From: Lama guanicoe
Taxonomy: Eukaryota
Reading direction: 5' to 3'
Assembly: GCA_013239625.1 (NCBI GenBank)
Contig: MU053379.1
Coordinates: forward strand, 4,769,639 to 4,833,638
DNA: 64,000 bases
Each line of letters starts with the position of its first letter. The first letter of the stretch is position 1. A program made the translations under genes and the position numbers. The notes under the pieces were generated by a model. The model had not been told where the DNA came from. It did not search any database and saw nothing but the letters and a program-made list of their open reading frames with translations. Positions 37,760 to 49,310 of this stretch are shown piece after piece.

Positions 37760-38330
37760 AGGTGGGAGCTTGCCTGGGCGGTGGGAACACTCCCGCCAGG
37801 TGGGTTGCGAGGGGACATCTGGAAAAGGCCCGTGAGCGTTAGCTTACACCTGCGCCTTCAACACAGCTAGACGTGGCCTCACGTCGCGTTGTGAGAGCTC
37901 TGGGCGCGGGGCGGGTGTGGCCCAGTGGCAGAGCGTGTTTTGGCGTGCGCGAGGTCCTGGGCACAGTCCCCAGCACCACCACTGAAAATAAGTAAGCCTC
38001 ATCATCTCCACCCCCAAATAACTGAATCGTAATTAAGAAAAAAAGCTCTGTAACGCACGTTCTCTAGGACAAAACGCTCTAAAGCAGATTACCAACGAGC
38101 CGCAAAGCACCACTGACCACACGCGATGATTTGCGTTACGAAAGTTGTTTAGCTCAAACGTCCACATCATCTTAAACCCCTTTATCGTAAATAACCTGTT
38201 AAATTGCATAAAATGAAATGAGATACAACATGTAAGAATCGGGCCCCAAGATAAGTGTTAGAACTAAGACCAGCACGACTGGGAGACAGCACACGTGTGC
38301 AGAAAATGACGCACGCGGAAGCTGCTCCCG
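37760..38330 (+). mobile_element. Very old L1 3' remnant (L1ME-like) hosting a SINE
   Basis: Weak similarity to the L1 ORF2 end on both sides of the SINE. Confidence 0.35.
37908..38044 (+). mobile_element. tRNA-derived SINE (Vic-1-like), diverged
   Basis: Aligns by eye with the copy at 26790 (ggggcgggtgtggcccagtggcagagcg...gaggtcctggg...ccccagcacc). A-rich tail; AGCTCTG occurs on both flanks as a residual TSD. Confidence 0.8.
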
Positions 38331-41300
38331 AAGGCGCCGCTCAGACCAGCCCAGGGACGCCCCTGCCGCTGACTCGTGTGGAAGGGGTGGACCCGGGTTT
38401 TCTGGAGAGGTGGGGGTTTTGCTCTCTGGGGCTCCGATCAGTGTTCAGAGGAAAACGTTTCGAGGTGTCAGTTCCCGGTGGCTCTTGTCCATCAGTCATC
38501 TCTGAAGGGCTTCAGGGACATTTAGGGGCCGTGACTCCGAGCGGGAGAGAAGGTGGCTGTTTACCGACTGCAGGCTGACGCTGCTCAGCTGAGATTCATA
38601 CCTTAACAGGCGTCACTTGGCGAACACTCGACCTCACTGACGACCACTTTCCAGACGTGCCTCCCGGCTGTTTCGTCCGTCACCTTTCTGCTGGGAAACG
38701 GCAGTGTCCAAAACAAAACCGAAAGATGAACAAACATTTCAGAAAATTAGAACCCCCGCCTCAACTTTAAATCAGAAAGAGTCCCGCAGGGGGAAGACAT
38801 CCCACCTCAGACGTGTCGGGGCTTCCAGCTGCTCACGGCGCCCCTCCCTCCACGGGCGCAGCATGCAGCTTTGGGTTCACTCTCCTGATCCTGGCCCCGC
38901 ATCTGGGCCACGGGCTCCCAGCTGGTGCAGGGGTTTGCAACGGGGGTTTGCCTCCCAGGGTCCCAGGAGGATGAAGTCCCGGGACGGAGTGGGGACGCAG
39001 CAGCTGGGGTGGGCTTAGGGTCTGTGGGAGCACTAACTCGAGGGGCCCCACGGATGCCCACACCATGCCCCGAAAGATCGCGGCCCGTTCTCCTGTCATT
39101 TGCAGTGTCTAAAATTGACTTGAAATAAAGTACGTGCCTTCTGTAGCCAACCTCGGCCCCCACCCAGGCATTTTGGGGGGTGAGGTGCTGTGTCCTGTGG
39201 GGCACGCAGGAGAGTTGAGATGAGCCGGGTGGGCCATGTGCTCAGGGCTGAGACTCTGTCTGAGCACAGGGCCTGGCCCGCGCCTCTGGCTCAGGCGTCG
39301 GGAGATTTCTTTTAAGAGCAAGCCGTCTGCTCCAGACTCCACCCTGTGGGACTCGGACAGGGAGGGGACCCTGCCCCGGGCAAGGCCACCTCTCCCAGCC
39401 CAGCCTCATATGAAGCCATCCCCACTTGTCCCCAAAGCAGCTTTGAGACAGAGACTGTGAGGCTCCCGCTGGCGGCCCCTCCTAACCGCCCCGACTCGGC
39501 CCAGGGTCCCTCTCCAGAGACTCAGAGCAGGAGGGCCCTGACCCCACCGCGCTGGGGCCTCTGTGTGACGTTCCTGGCAGGACTGCTGAGCTGGGTGCTC
39601 TGCGTGCAGGCGTGTTAGTGTGAACAGGGGTGCAGAGTGTGTCTGGGGACGTCACAGTCTGATTTAAAACCACGGACGCAAACTGTGCAGAATAAGCACT
39701 TTCTTCCTGTCGCTGCACCTGGAGCGGCTCATTTGCCAAGTCCCGTCCCAGGAAGGCCATGTACTTGGGGCTCTGCGGTCACGGACGTGTTCCTGCCCAG
39801 ATTCCAGTCATCTCTGCGTGCACACCGAGAGGCCAGCCGGGCGGGGGGACCCAGTGCAGCCGTGCCCCCCACGCTGGTGCCCTCTGTCCAGTGTTTGATC
39901 CAGGTACAGAGCAGGGCCGTGGTCACCCGTCCACGGACCAGGCACCAGCGTCCATCAGGAAAGTGGAAGCTTTGGAGGTGTCCCTGTGCCCCCTCTTTGC
40001 CCCCGACACAGAAGCTCCTCCAAAGTCACAGGCTGATCCCACTGGCTGATGGGCGGCTGGCCCTGCCTCCCCTGCTGCTCTGTGCACCCAGGACAGGAGC
40101 AGCCAAGCTCCCAGATGGTGCCAGAAAGGGCTTCCCAGTGACCTCGATGGGGGGTTCCCGAGCCGCGGCCCACCCAGAGCTGCTTGTGTCTCGTGGTCCA
40201 GCTGCTCCAGGCCCCGGGCTCCTGCGTGGGTGTCCAGCAGCCTTCAGATTGTCCAGTTAAGAACTGCAGCCACATCCCCCTGTGGGCTGGAGAAACACTG
40301 CCCCATGGGAGGGACCCTGGTCCGTCTGCCATCGCTGCTCCGCTCGGGCACTGGGACACGGGGGAAGAGGAGGATAAGGAAAGAGGCAACCAGCTCCTCC
40401 TCCGTGGTGCTGTGGCCACCCCACCCACCCCGCCCGCTGTTGGGGAGGGACCAGCAGATCCTTCCCAACGCGTCCCAGAGCCTTCCCAGGGCACAGCTCC
40501 CGCCTCCAGCCCGGGTTCCCCATGGCCTCGAGCACCTCTGCTCTGTCTGTGGAGCGGGAGCGCGGCCCCGCTCCTGACAGCCACCCCCAGCTCAGGGCCA
40601 TGCTCTGGGCTTGCCGCGTCAGCCCTCGGGAGACAGCCGTGTGACCTCTCAGGTCCATCCTCGGGGCTAGGGCCCCGCGGCCTGTGTGCACATGGGCGCG
40701 TGTAAGCTGGGCCTGGGGGCCGGCGTCCCAGGTGCAGCACGGCTGCTCTGGGAGTGGGTGACCGTGAGAGGAGGGGGAGGCTCAGCAGGACCGCAGGTTT
40801 CGGGACTGGGGACGTGGCGGGCGGGAGAGGCAGGGAGCGCGCGTCCCAGCGGGGCCGTGGCACACCCTCCCTCTTGGCTGCAGGTGTCCTGGGCCCTTCA
40901 GAGAAAACTGAGGCCGTGGGGCGATGGTGAGCGATGCTGGGGCCCAGGGAGGCGGAGAGCTGGCGGAGGAAGGGCCTCTCTTCTCACGGCTGCGGTGCTC
41001 GGACGCCAGACTCGGGCCCGTCTGGACCTGCGGCGCCTGTGGGGCTGCGTCCGCTTCCCAAGTCCCCGCGAGGTGGCCCTGCTTTCCCTTCTCCCTTGGG
41101 CAGAGCTGTTCTGCCCACCTGAGCGGGCACCTCCCTGCAGAGCTGGCCTGGCCGCACTGAAGGGCCCCCCATTTCTGGGTCACTGAACTCGGGGCTGGAC
41201 AGTCCGCCGAGTCTCCTAGCCGGTCTGCAGCTCGTCCCGGGCGTGCTCCGGGAGACCCACAGGAGCCTCTCCCGCTCGCCCGCGCGCCCTCAGCGCCCCC

Positions 41301-42239
41301 TCCCGGGCGGGGGTGGGGGGAGGCTGGGAATTGCGCGCGTCGTTCCGTTTGAGTCCACGCCAGCCTCTCCAGAGCCCTTCTTGCCCTTGATGGGATGAGC
41401 CCCGGGGTTGCCTGCCGGCTCTGTGGCCAGAGGAGGGCCCAGCGTGTGGACCTGGGTCCTCAGGGCCTGTTTGTTTGATGTTTGTCCCTAAGTTCGCCCG
41501 CCCCCTCGCCTGCTGTGAGGCTCAGATCCCTCGCTGGTCCTGTGCACCTGTTGGACGGACACATAGACACAGGAGGTTCCATCTTTCGAGAAAGGCCAGA
41601 CAGGACAGGCGGAGTTGGCTGTCTGTCCTTCTGTGCTTGTGGTGGCTTCCACGCAGGTCGGCAGACGGGGACCGGGCGTGAGGGAAAAGCCCAGCTGTGA
41701 CCCGGCCAGGAGCCGTGGGCCTGCAGACGTCCTGCAGAGCATGCCGCGGCCGGAGGGGAACTGTGCCCTCTAACGCCACAGGCCCCAGGCGCTGCACAGG
41801 ACATCCAAGTGCACTGCATGGCGGCCACCCAGCGAGCCCTCTCGGGCACCGGCCTGCTGCCGGCTCCGGGCGCGAGGCTTTTCCCAGAAGCTGGAAGCAC
41901 TGTTTCTCTCAGACGCTGCCCAGAAACGCCGCTCTTCCTGGAATTTGTATTCAGAGTTTCGGATGATTCAGAAATAGATGTGTGTCCACATCCCCCACCA
42001 GCCCTGCACTGGGTGTCCCGGGGAGCCAGCCTCAGAGAGCCGTCCTCTGCCTGCCTCCCCAGCCCGCCCCGCCCGCCCCGCCCAGGCCCCTGCCCGGGGT
42101 GGACACACCGTAAGCACACGCTTAACTCACCCCTCAGGCTCGCCCTCGCCCCGCCTTCTCCTCCTCCCCGACACCCCTTCCACCATCAACACCGACTAGA
42201 CACACACCTCCTGCTGACATCTCTCGGTAGCTTCTGAAA

Positions 42240-42985
42240 GGTCTCCACCCGTTTAGGATAAAAACTCTCCATGAAGTGGGTACAGCAGGAACATACAGCA
42301 ACATTACAAAGGCCACACACGACAAACCCACAGCTGGCATCCCACTCATAGGTGACAGACGGAAAGCCCTTCCTGGGGGATCAGGAAGAAGACAAGGTTG
42401 CCCACGGGCCCCACTCGTGTCGGCACAGCGCTGGAAGCCCCAGCCGGAGCAGCCAGGCGAGAAACAGAGATGAGAGGCACCCAGATCGCAGAGGGGGAAG
42501 TGAAGAAGGTCACTACTTGGCGATGACATGATACTGTGTGTAGAAGACCCTGAGGACTTCTTATAAACACTGTTAGAAGTAATCGATGAATTCAGTAAAG
42601 TTGCAGGATACAAAATTAATATACAGAAACCTGTTTCTTTTGTACACATTAATCATGGACCATCAGAAAGAGAAATTAAGAAAGCAGTCTCGTTTACAAT
42701 TGCATCAAATAATTAAATACCTCGGAATGAAGGTAACCAGGGAGTGAAAGGCCCGTGCACTGAAAGCTGCGAGACATGAGAGGAGCTGAGGGGGACACAA
42801 ATAAACGGAGAGGCATCCCACACTCACAGCTTGAAAGAACGAGAAGTTGTTAGGAGTTCCGTACCACCCGCAGTAATCTGCAGGTTCGGTGCAGTCCCCA
42901 CCGAAACTCCAGTGTCGTTTTCCACAGGCACAGAGCGAGCAGTCCTACGTAAGAAACACACAAGACCCTGAACAGCCAAAATAGT
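42240..42985 (+). mobile_element. L1 ORF2 reverse-transcriptase remnant (frameshifted, dead)
   Basis: Translates as HPFRIKTLHEVGTAGTYSNITKATHDKPTA...SGRRQGCP, matching L1 HPFMIKTL...GTYLNIIKAIYDKPTA...SGTRQGCP, followed by gatgacatgatactg (DDMIL). Confidence 0.9.
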
Positions 42986-42999
42986 CACGCCCCAGGGGT

Positions 43000-43230
43000 G
43001 CTCTGGGCGGCGCGGTGGCTGTAACTAGCAGCCCTCGCTGTATATTTGAAACTTGCCGAGAGAGTAGATCTTCAAAGTTCTCATCACAAGGAAAGAGTGG
43101 TCATTACGCCTGGTGGTAAATGTTCGTCAGACTAATCGTGCTCGTTTCAGAGCGCGGACCGGTGTGGAGTCATGGGTCGCACACCTGAAAGTGGTGTAGT
43201 GTTGCGTGTCGGCTGAGCCTCAGCGCAGCA
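43000..43230 (+). mobile_element. L1 3'UTR end (L1MA-like)
   Basis: 'ctgtatatttgaaacttgccgagagagtagatcttcaaagttctcatcacaa' is typical of L1MA-type 3' ends. Confidence 0.7.
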
Positions 43231-43534
43231 ACAGCGCGGCTGCGGGACGGGTAGCTTGGCTGTTTCTCACGCTCGGCGAGCCCCGTCTCTGGGCACGAGC
43301 GGTGGGGTGGATGTCGGACCATCCAGAGGGAAAAACACAAGCGCCCAGGGGACGAGGATGAGGCCACCCGACTCTGGTGCTTCCCCATCTGCAGAATGGA
43401 CGAGGCGCCTGCCCCCTCCTCGCTGGGCTTACTGAAGGCAAGTGGAGATGAGCGGGGCGAGGACTCGAGTCGGGGACGTGGGGAGGCTCAGCGCAGAAAA
43501 AGGGAAGACAGTCCGGAGATCTCCTTCACAACAT

Positions 43535-43625
43535 GTGATGTACTGGACGCTGCTGATCCGCACACTTGAAAGCAGTCCAGATGGTGAATTTTACGTCGTG
43601 TGTTTTTTCCACCAAAAAAAAAACA
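43535..43625 (+). mobile_element. L1 3' terminal fragment with poly(A)
   Basis: 'cacacttgaaagcagtccagatggtgaattttacgtcgtgtgttttttccaccaaaaaaaaaa'. Confidence 0.6.
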
Positions 43626-44812
43626 ACCCTGTGTTAATTGGAGCGCCAAGGCTCTAATTTCCAGCAAATAGCTGACGTGGACCTTTCCGACGTAGCCGCA
43701 GGAGCAACGCGTCCCTGCCACGTCCCCTCGGTTGTGTGTGAGTCACCAGTCCAGTTATTTCTCAGAAGCGTGTTCTGGAATGTGGCGCTGAGGCCCACAG
43801 TCAGAAACTGGGGCATGAATTAATAACCAGTTTTGCACGTTCTGTGGGTGCTTGCCTTGTTACATGAGTGAGTTCTAGGTCTTCGGAGTTCCGTTCAGTC
43901 TTACCATTCTCCAGAGTTCTCACTGGGTTGATAAAAGGGACAAGTGAGAAAAAAATGGAGTTTGTGTGCTTGCATGTCTAGCAGCCTCTCTAGATTTACA
44001 GGAAATCAGTGGCATGGCAGATTAGCATCTAGCTTTCCGGCTTTTCCACTTTTTTTTTCTCTTTTTCCTTATTTATATGCAAAGTAAAAAGACCTGTTTA
44101 AGCAGCCGCGTGAGTACATAGGCTAGAAGTGAAGCAGCAACAGATGACAGGAAACCAGGACGCAGGAGCTGGTCTGTGGGTTTGTTTTTCTGACGTGGTA
44201 AAGCCTGGGGCGGGGTGCTGACTCGGCAGCTCGGTGGGGTCAGGCTGCATCGCTACCACCTCCTGGCTCCCAGGTGGCTGCTGCAGCCCCAGCCATCACA
44301 TCCGAGATCAAGGCAAGAAGTGGGAGAGGTGGACAGAGCCCCCCGGGTGGCGTTTGCCCAGAGCCGGTTGTGAGGAAGCCTGGGGTGAGGAGGAGGATGT
44401 AACCTTTCCAGCCTCCTGGTGCAGGTGGGCAAAGGCAATACCCTGCGGTGGGTTCCCCACTCAGCCGGTGACTGTCCGCAGGTCTCTGTGAGAGGAGTGC
44501 CTAGGCATCCTGCGGGATGGGAGATCAGATGGTGTGTTTTTGAACGCAAGAGAGCACAGTGGTCTGCTGGCGCTGAAATTCTGCATGGTGTCTGTGGGAG
44601 GGATGGCAAGCCGGTGGGCTCAAGGGAGGCGCCCGAACTTGGGCTTGAGCCGGGCGGCCAGGAGGAGGACTTCTACTCAAACAGAGCCTGGCTGCTCCGC
44701 TGGGTGACCCTGTGCCTCTCCTGGAGGTCGCAGATGCAGGTTCTGGGACAGCAGATCACGGAGGGTGACCTGCACCCCGAGCTGACGCTGTGGCCTCGGG
44801 TGGCCCAGGTCC

Positions 44813-45095
44813 AGGTGGTTCTCAAAGCTGGCTGCACGGTGGGTCCACCAGGGGACTGGTGTGCACACAGCCAAGGTGAAGACTGCAGACTGAGCTTTGG
44901 TGACATTAAAGGAGCAGTGGAGCCGGCTTTGCGTAGGGAAGCACCTGTTAAAGCTGCACGTGCTGAACTCCGGTGCGCACAGACCCCTGCGGGTTTGCAG
45001 ACGTGCAGGTCCGGGCTCAGCAGGCCGAGCTCAGAGCCTGAGGTCTGCATTTCTGACAAGTGCCAGTGAGGAGGCACCGCGGCTCCCGGGGTGGT
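44813..45095. mobile_element. MER5-family hAT MITE remnants
   Basis: 'gtggttctcaaagctggctgcac' (MER5 terminus) and 'gcctgaggtctgcatttctgacaag' (MER5A1-like, reverse). Confidence 0.55.
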
Positions 45096-45699
45096 GGGAG
45101 GCACAGGGTCTCGGAAGATGGGGAAGGCATCCTGTCCCAGGTCTGAGCCCAGGGAGGGTCCCAGCTGCTTAGCAGGCAATGTCCCCACGTGGGGACACGA
45201 GGACAATGCTCACAGACAGGCTTATTCACCAGACATGAACTTGCAGAACCTGGATTTCGGGTCAAGAAACAGAGTAGGCTTTAAGTTTGCCTTATGTAAT
45301 ATTTTTTTAAAAACCAAGTTCTTGGTGTCCCTTTTATTTGAACACCTAGAGGAAAAAAACAAATGCTGGAGGTGGTGACTGCTGTGCCTCTGGGTGCCCT
45401 GGGGTGGGTGTCACAGGAGCCGAGACTGTCCCCCAGGCTCAGGGGGGCGTCCCTGCCTGCCTGCGTTATTTAATGTTTCCACATCGGTGACGAGAGCTGT
45501 TTTCTCAAAGAAAGTGATGCAACATCTCGCAGAGGGATTGGCACACTTGGCGTGCAGTGGGGCTAAAGTACACATGAATGCACGTCCACGTGTGCAAACA
45601 CGCTGTGCGTGTATACCTGTGTGCGTGTGAGCCCATGCAGGAACCCACGTGCGCCACCCGTCTCCTTCCTTCCGCAGGATCTTGCCCCGTGGGAGGTGC

Positions 45700-46140
45700 A
45701 GTAGCTTGTTTGCAGACGTGAGTTTCTCTCATCTCCCCATGCTCCCCTTTTGCTGACCCCCTCACGTCACGAGAAGTCCACTTCTCCGCCCTTGAAGGTG
45801 GCCTGGCCACCTGCTTGAGCAACACTGCTGGTTCTGACATGAGGGCTTCTTCTGGTCCTTGCCTGCCCACCGGCTTGTGACGGAGCCCCGACTGGCCTGT
45901 GATCCAGCCCACAGCTACCAGGACCACCAGATGTGCCACTGAGGCTGTCCTGTGCCCTCCTGCCCCTATGGAACCCCAGTGACTGCAGCTTCACAAGTGA
46001 CCCCAGGAGAGACCAGCCAAGACCTGAGAAGCTCAGCTCAGCTCACCTGCTGACTCAGAGGACTGTGAGCAAATAAAACAGCTGCCATTTTAACCTACTA
46101 TTTTGGGGTGTTTGTTACACAGCAAGTAATAACTGATACA
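45700..46140 (+). mobile_element. MaLR LTR (MLT1G/H-like)
   Basis: Typical 3' end 'ctgtgagcaaataaaacagctgccattttaacctactattttggggtgtttgttacacagcaagtaataactgataca'; 5' boundary approximate. Confidence 0.75.
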
Positions 46141-47002
46141 TGTGGCTAGAAAAAAGTGGACTGGAAAATCTCTGCCTAAAAATCTACATTTATATGAAAT
46201 TCAATATTGCAGCCTATGGGCGAACATCGGCCGGGAGTTCGGCCGGCCGGCGGCTCTCCTGCGAGGGGGAGGCGAGGGCGGTGACTCAGCCGGGACTCCT
46301 GAGCCTGGGCAGTACCGGTGAGCTGCTGCGTTGTCGCAGAACCTGACCTGCCAGCGGGCAGACATCGCTCATTCTTCACTGACACCAAGTGCTTGAAGCA
46401 GCGCCCTGCAGCGCGACCTCCTCGTCATCGGCACTCTGACCGTGTCCCTCTGTGACCTGGCTGTGGCTCCCGCTGCCTGGGGCACGAGGAGGACGGGTAG
46501 AGCATATGGATGAGCACTAGCGCCAGGCAGTGCTGACTGTCCAGCTCCAGACCTCCCAGGCGGCAGGACCGCTGAGGAGGGCAGGTGTCCTCTGCGCTGG
46601 GACCCGTGGGCTTGGGGGCAGGCTCTGCTCAGAGAGATGGATGCTGAGTTCTGGGCACGGGGCCCCAGGGGTGGGCATTTTGCAGAACAGGAGTTAAATA
46701 TGGAGGAAGACCCTCCTCTCAGCTAGAAGCAGCTCTCCTGGGCCCGCTGGGAATGGACTGGGGCGCTGCTGGCTCTGGACAGGAAGGGCTGGCGCCGACC
46801 CCTGCATAGCAGGCAGAGAGCCTTCTCCGCATGAGTCACTGCTTCTCCTGCCGTGCCTCGGCCCTGTGCACGGTCCTGGCGCGTCTGAGCTGCCTGCGGG
46901 GGCAGAGCTTCCTGCAGGGGCCCCAACGCGGAGCCGGGCGCCCGGCTCCCCTGAGAAGGAGACACTCTGCACAGAGGAAGGTCGCGTCCCCTCCCCACTC
47001 CT

Positions 47003-47112
47003 CACGCATACACATGCACAGACATATTCACACAGACACGCGCACATACAGACACACGCACACACACGTACATTCACAGAGACGCACAGGCACACACTGA
47101 CACACACACACG
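47003..47112. repeat. Degenerate (CA)n repeat
   Basis: Directly visible. Confidence 0.85.
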
Positions 47113-47699
47113 GGTGCATCCACTTCCAGAAACACACCCTGAACAGTAACTTGCCGCCGTGAATGTCACTGCTGTGGAGCTGCTCCCAGGGGCCGTGGGG
47201 GACGGAGAGCCTGGGGACGGCCGGGGACAGACAGCCTCAGCCCCGGGCTGTGTGCTTTATTCTGCACTAAGCAGCTCCCCGCTCGTCCAGCTGGCGGGAC
47301 CTGAACGCGGCCCCCAGGCTTGGCTCAGCCGCCCTGTGCCCACGCAGCAGCCGGGGGCCAGGGGTGCAGCCAGAGAGCACGTGGGGGGCGCGGGGAGAGT
47401 CTCGGCCCAGGCTCCTATGTAGGTGATTCTCTCTGCTCTGCTCCCGTGTGACTGGCGGGAGGAGGAGGCAAAGGGGCCCTTCTGCTGTGCCGGGCCCTCT
47501 GGGGGTCGGTCTGTCTCCCCACTGCATGCAGGGCACACAGTTCCCAGAGAACTTTACGTGAGGCTTGTCTCTGCAGCCTCCTGATTTTGATTTAGAGTTA
47601 TTTTACCTAAGATAGACATTGTGCTTTGCCTGTGAGCCCCCAGGACGGGGTCTGCTTGTGGCTGGGAAATGCAGAGGCAGGGGCTGGGGATGGAGGGGT

Positions 47700-47930
47700 T
47701 GGTGTGAAGGTCTGGGCCAGAGACTCTGCCGTCAGCGGCCCGGCTCTGAACCCTGGCTCACCCCTGCCCTCTGCGAAGTTATTCAACCTCCCTGTGCCTC
47801 GGTTTCCCCATGAGTGGAGGGGAGACACAGCTGCCCCTCGCTGTTGTCAGGACGATTACGGGACAGGAGGCAGGAGGGGCAGCGCCCAGCAGTGTCACCG
47901 AAGTCAGGCCAGCACATGATGGCTAACAGT
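47700..47930 (+). mobile_element. MIR SINE
   Basis: 'ctgaaccctggctc...aagttattcaacctccctgtgcctcggtttccccat...ctgttgtcaggac'. Confidence 0.7.
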
Positions 47931-49145
47931 TCCTCACATGGGGCCTGAGCTGAGGCCCTAACTGAGGCCAGCCAGGGCGGGCTTTGCACGGGGGCGAGGT
48001 GGTGCTGGGAGCCAGGGCAGCCAGGGTCCAGCGGGGCAGGTGCCAAGTCAGCAGCCCCGCAGACATCCTGTAACCTTGGAGCAGAGCCGGGGAGGCCAGA
48101 TCCCAGGGGATCTCGGGCGACCTCCCGAGCCTGGCAGAGGGGCCCAGTCCAGATGGCCCTGGGCTTCCCTGGGGGCCCGACAGCGGCGCAGGTACAGGTT
48201 GGCCTTCCAGGACAGGGGCCGGGAGAGGCCAGGCGGAGCGGAGAAGGGGGCGGAGGTGGAAACCGCACAGAAAATAAGGCTTCAACCAGGGGGTGTGCCC
48301 CGTCCAGCAGGCCCCGGGGTTTGGTCCTCAGGACACCAGCTGACTGGCAGACGTGAACGTGAGCCCGTAGCAGTCAGGTCTGTGACCCCTCAGAGGGCAC
48401 AGGTGGCGACTAGCGGCGTAGAAATACAGCAAAGGGTGCCTAGGGGCTCATGGTCTGCACGCGGCTGGGAGGCCAGGCACGCGCAGCGTCTGCTGCAGGA
48501 CGTCAGGTCACTCTTGGCAGGCAGGCAGGTGTGATGGAGTACAGAGGGCCCCTCGGACGCTGTCACCTGGACGTTCCCAGCCCGAGATCCTGGCCACGCA
48601 GGGCCCGTGCGGGGGGCAGTGGGGTGAGGGAGGGGCTTTGGCACCGAGCCGGTCAGGGACCCAGAACAGCTGTCAGGACCACTGCAGCCCGGGGCGCAGA
48701 CACATGTGGGGACACACCCTGGGGGGCTCCGGGGGGGCCGATGTGAACACTTACATTAAGATCAAACGATGAAGAGGAAACATAATGGTGACGCTGGCAG
48801 TGACATCGACTGGAGTGCGCTCTGGGGACTGGAGAAAGTCAGAAGCAGGTAGTGACTGAAGACGGTGGGGTCCCCCCTGAGTGGCAGGTCCCTGGGCACC
48901 TCCCGCGTTGGGCACGTCCTGGGAACACAGTGAGACAGAAGATGCCGCCCCTCCCCTCAGGATGCAGCCACTTTCCTCCGATGCAGGGACATTTTGGAAG
49001 AAAAAACAAAAAAGTATAAAAATTCAAAAAGAATGAGAGACGCTGAGGGTGGGTGAAGGAGTAAAACCAGTAAAAACCTAAAGTACTCTGTGAACGAGGC
49101 ATGAGACACTGTCACCCCCATGGACAGCCGGGGTACCTGACGCTT

Positions 49146-49310
49146 GGGGGGCCCAGGTCACGGGGGCCCAGGTCACAGGGTATCCAGGTCATGAGGGGAC
49201 CCAGGTCACGGGAGTCCCAGGTCCCAGGGGTCCCAGGTCCCGGGGGGCCCAGGTCCCGGGGGTCCCAGGTCACGGGGGGCCCAGGTCACAGGGGTCCCAG
49301 GTCCCAGGGC
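49146..49310. repeat. Minisatellite, 10 units of about 16 bp (GGGGNCCCAGGTC[A/C]CR)
   Basis: AGGTC(A/C) starts at 49155, 49170, 49186, 49203, 49219, 49235, 49251, 49267, 49283 and 49299. Confidence 0.92.

Noticed and set aside
42276..42560. Reverse transcriptase motifs suggesting a novel retroelement system
   Set aside because: Ordinary frameshifted LINE-1 ORF2 remnant.
49146..49310. Regularly spaced repeats (also 7376-7587) as a CRISPR-like array
   Set aside because: No unique spacers, no cas genes and a mammalian context; these are minisatellites.
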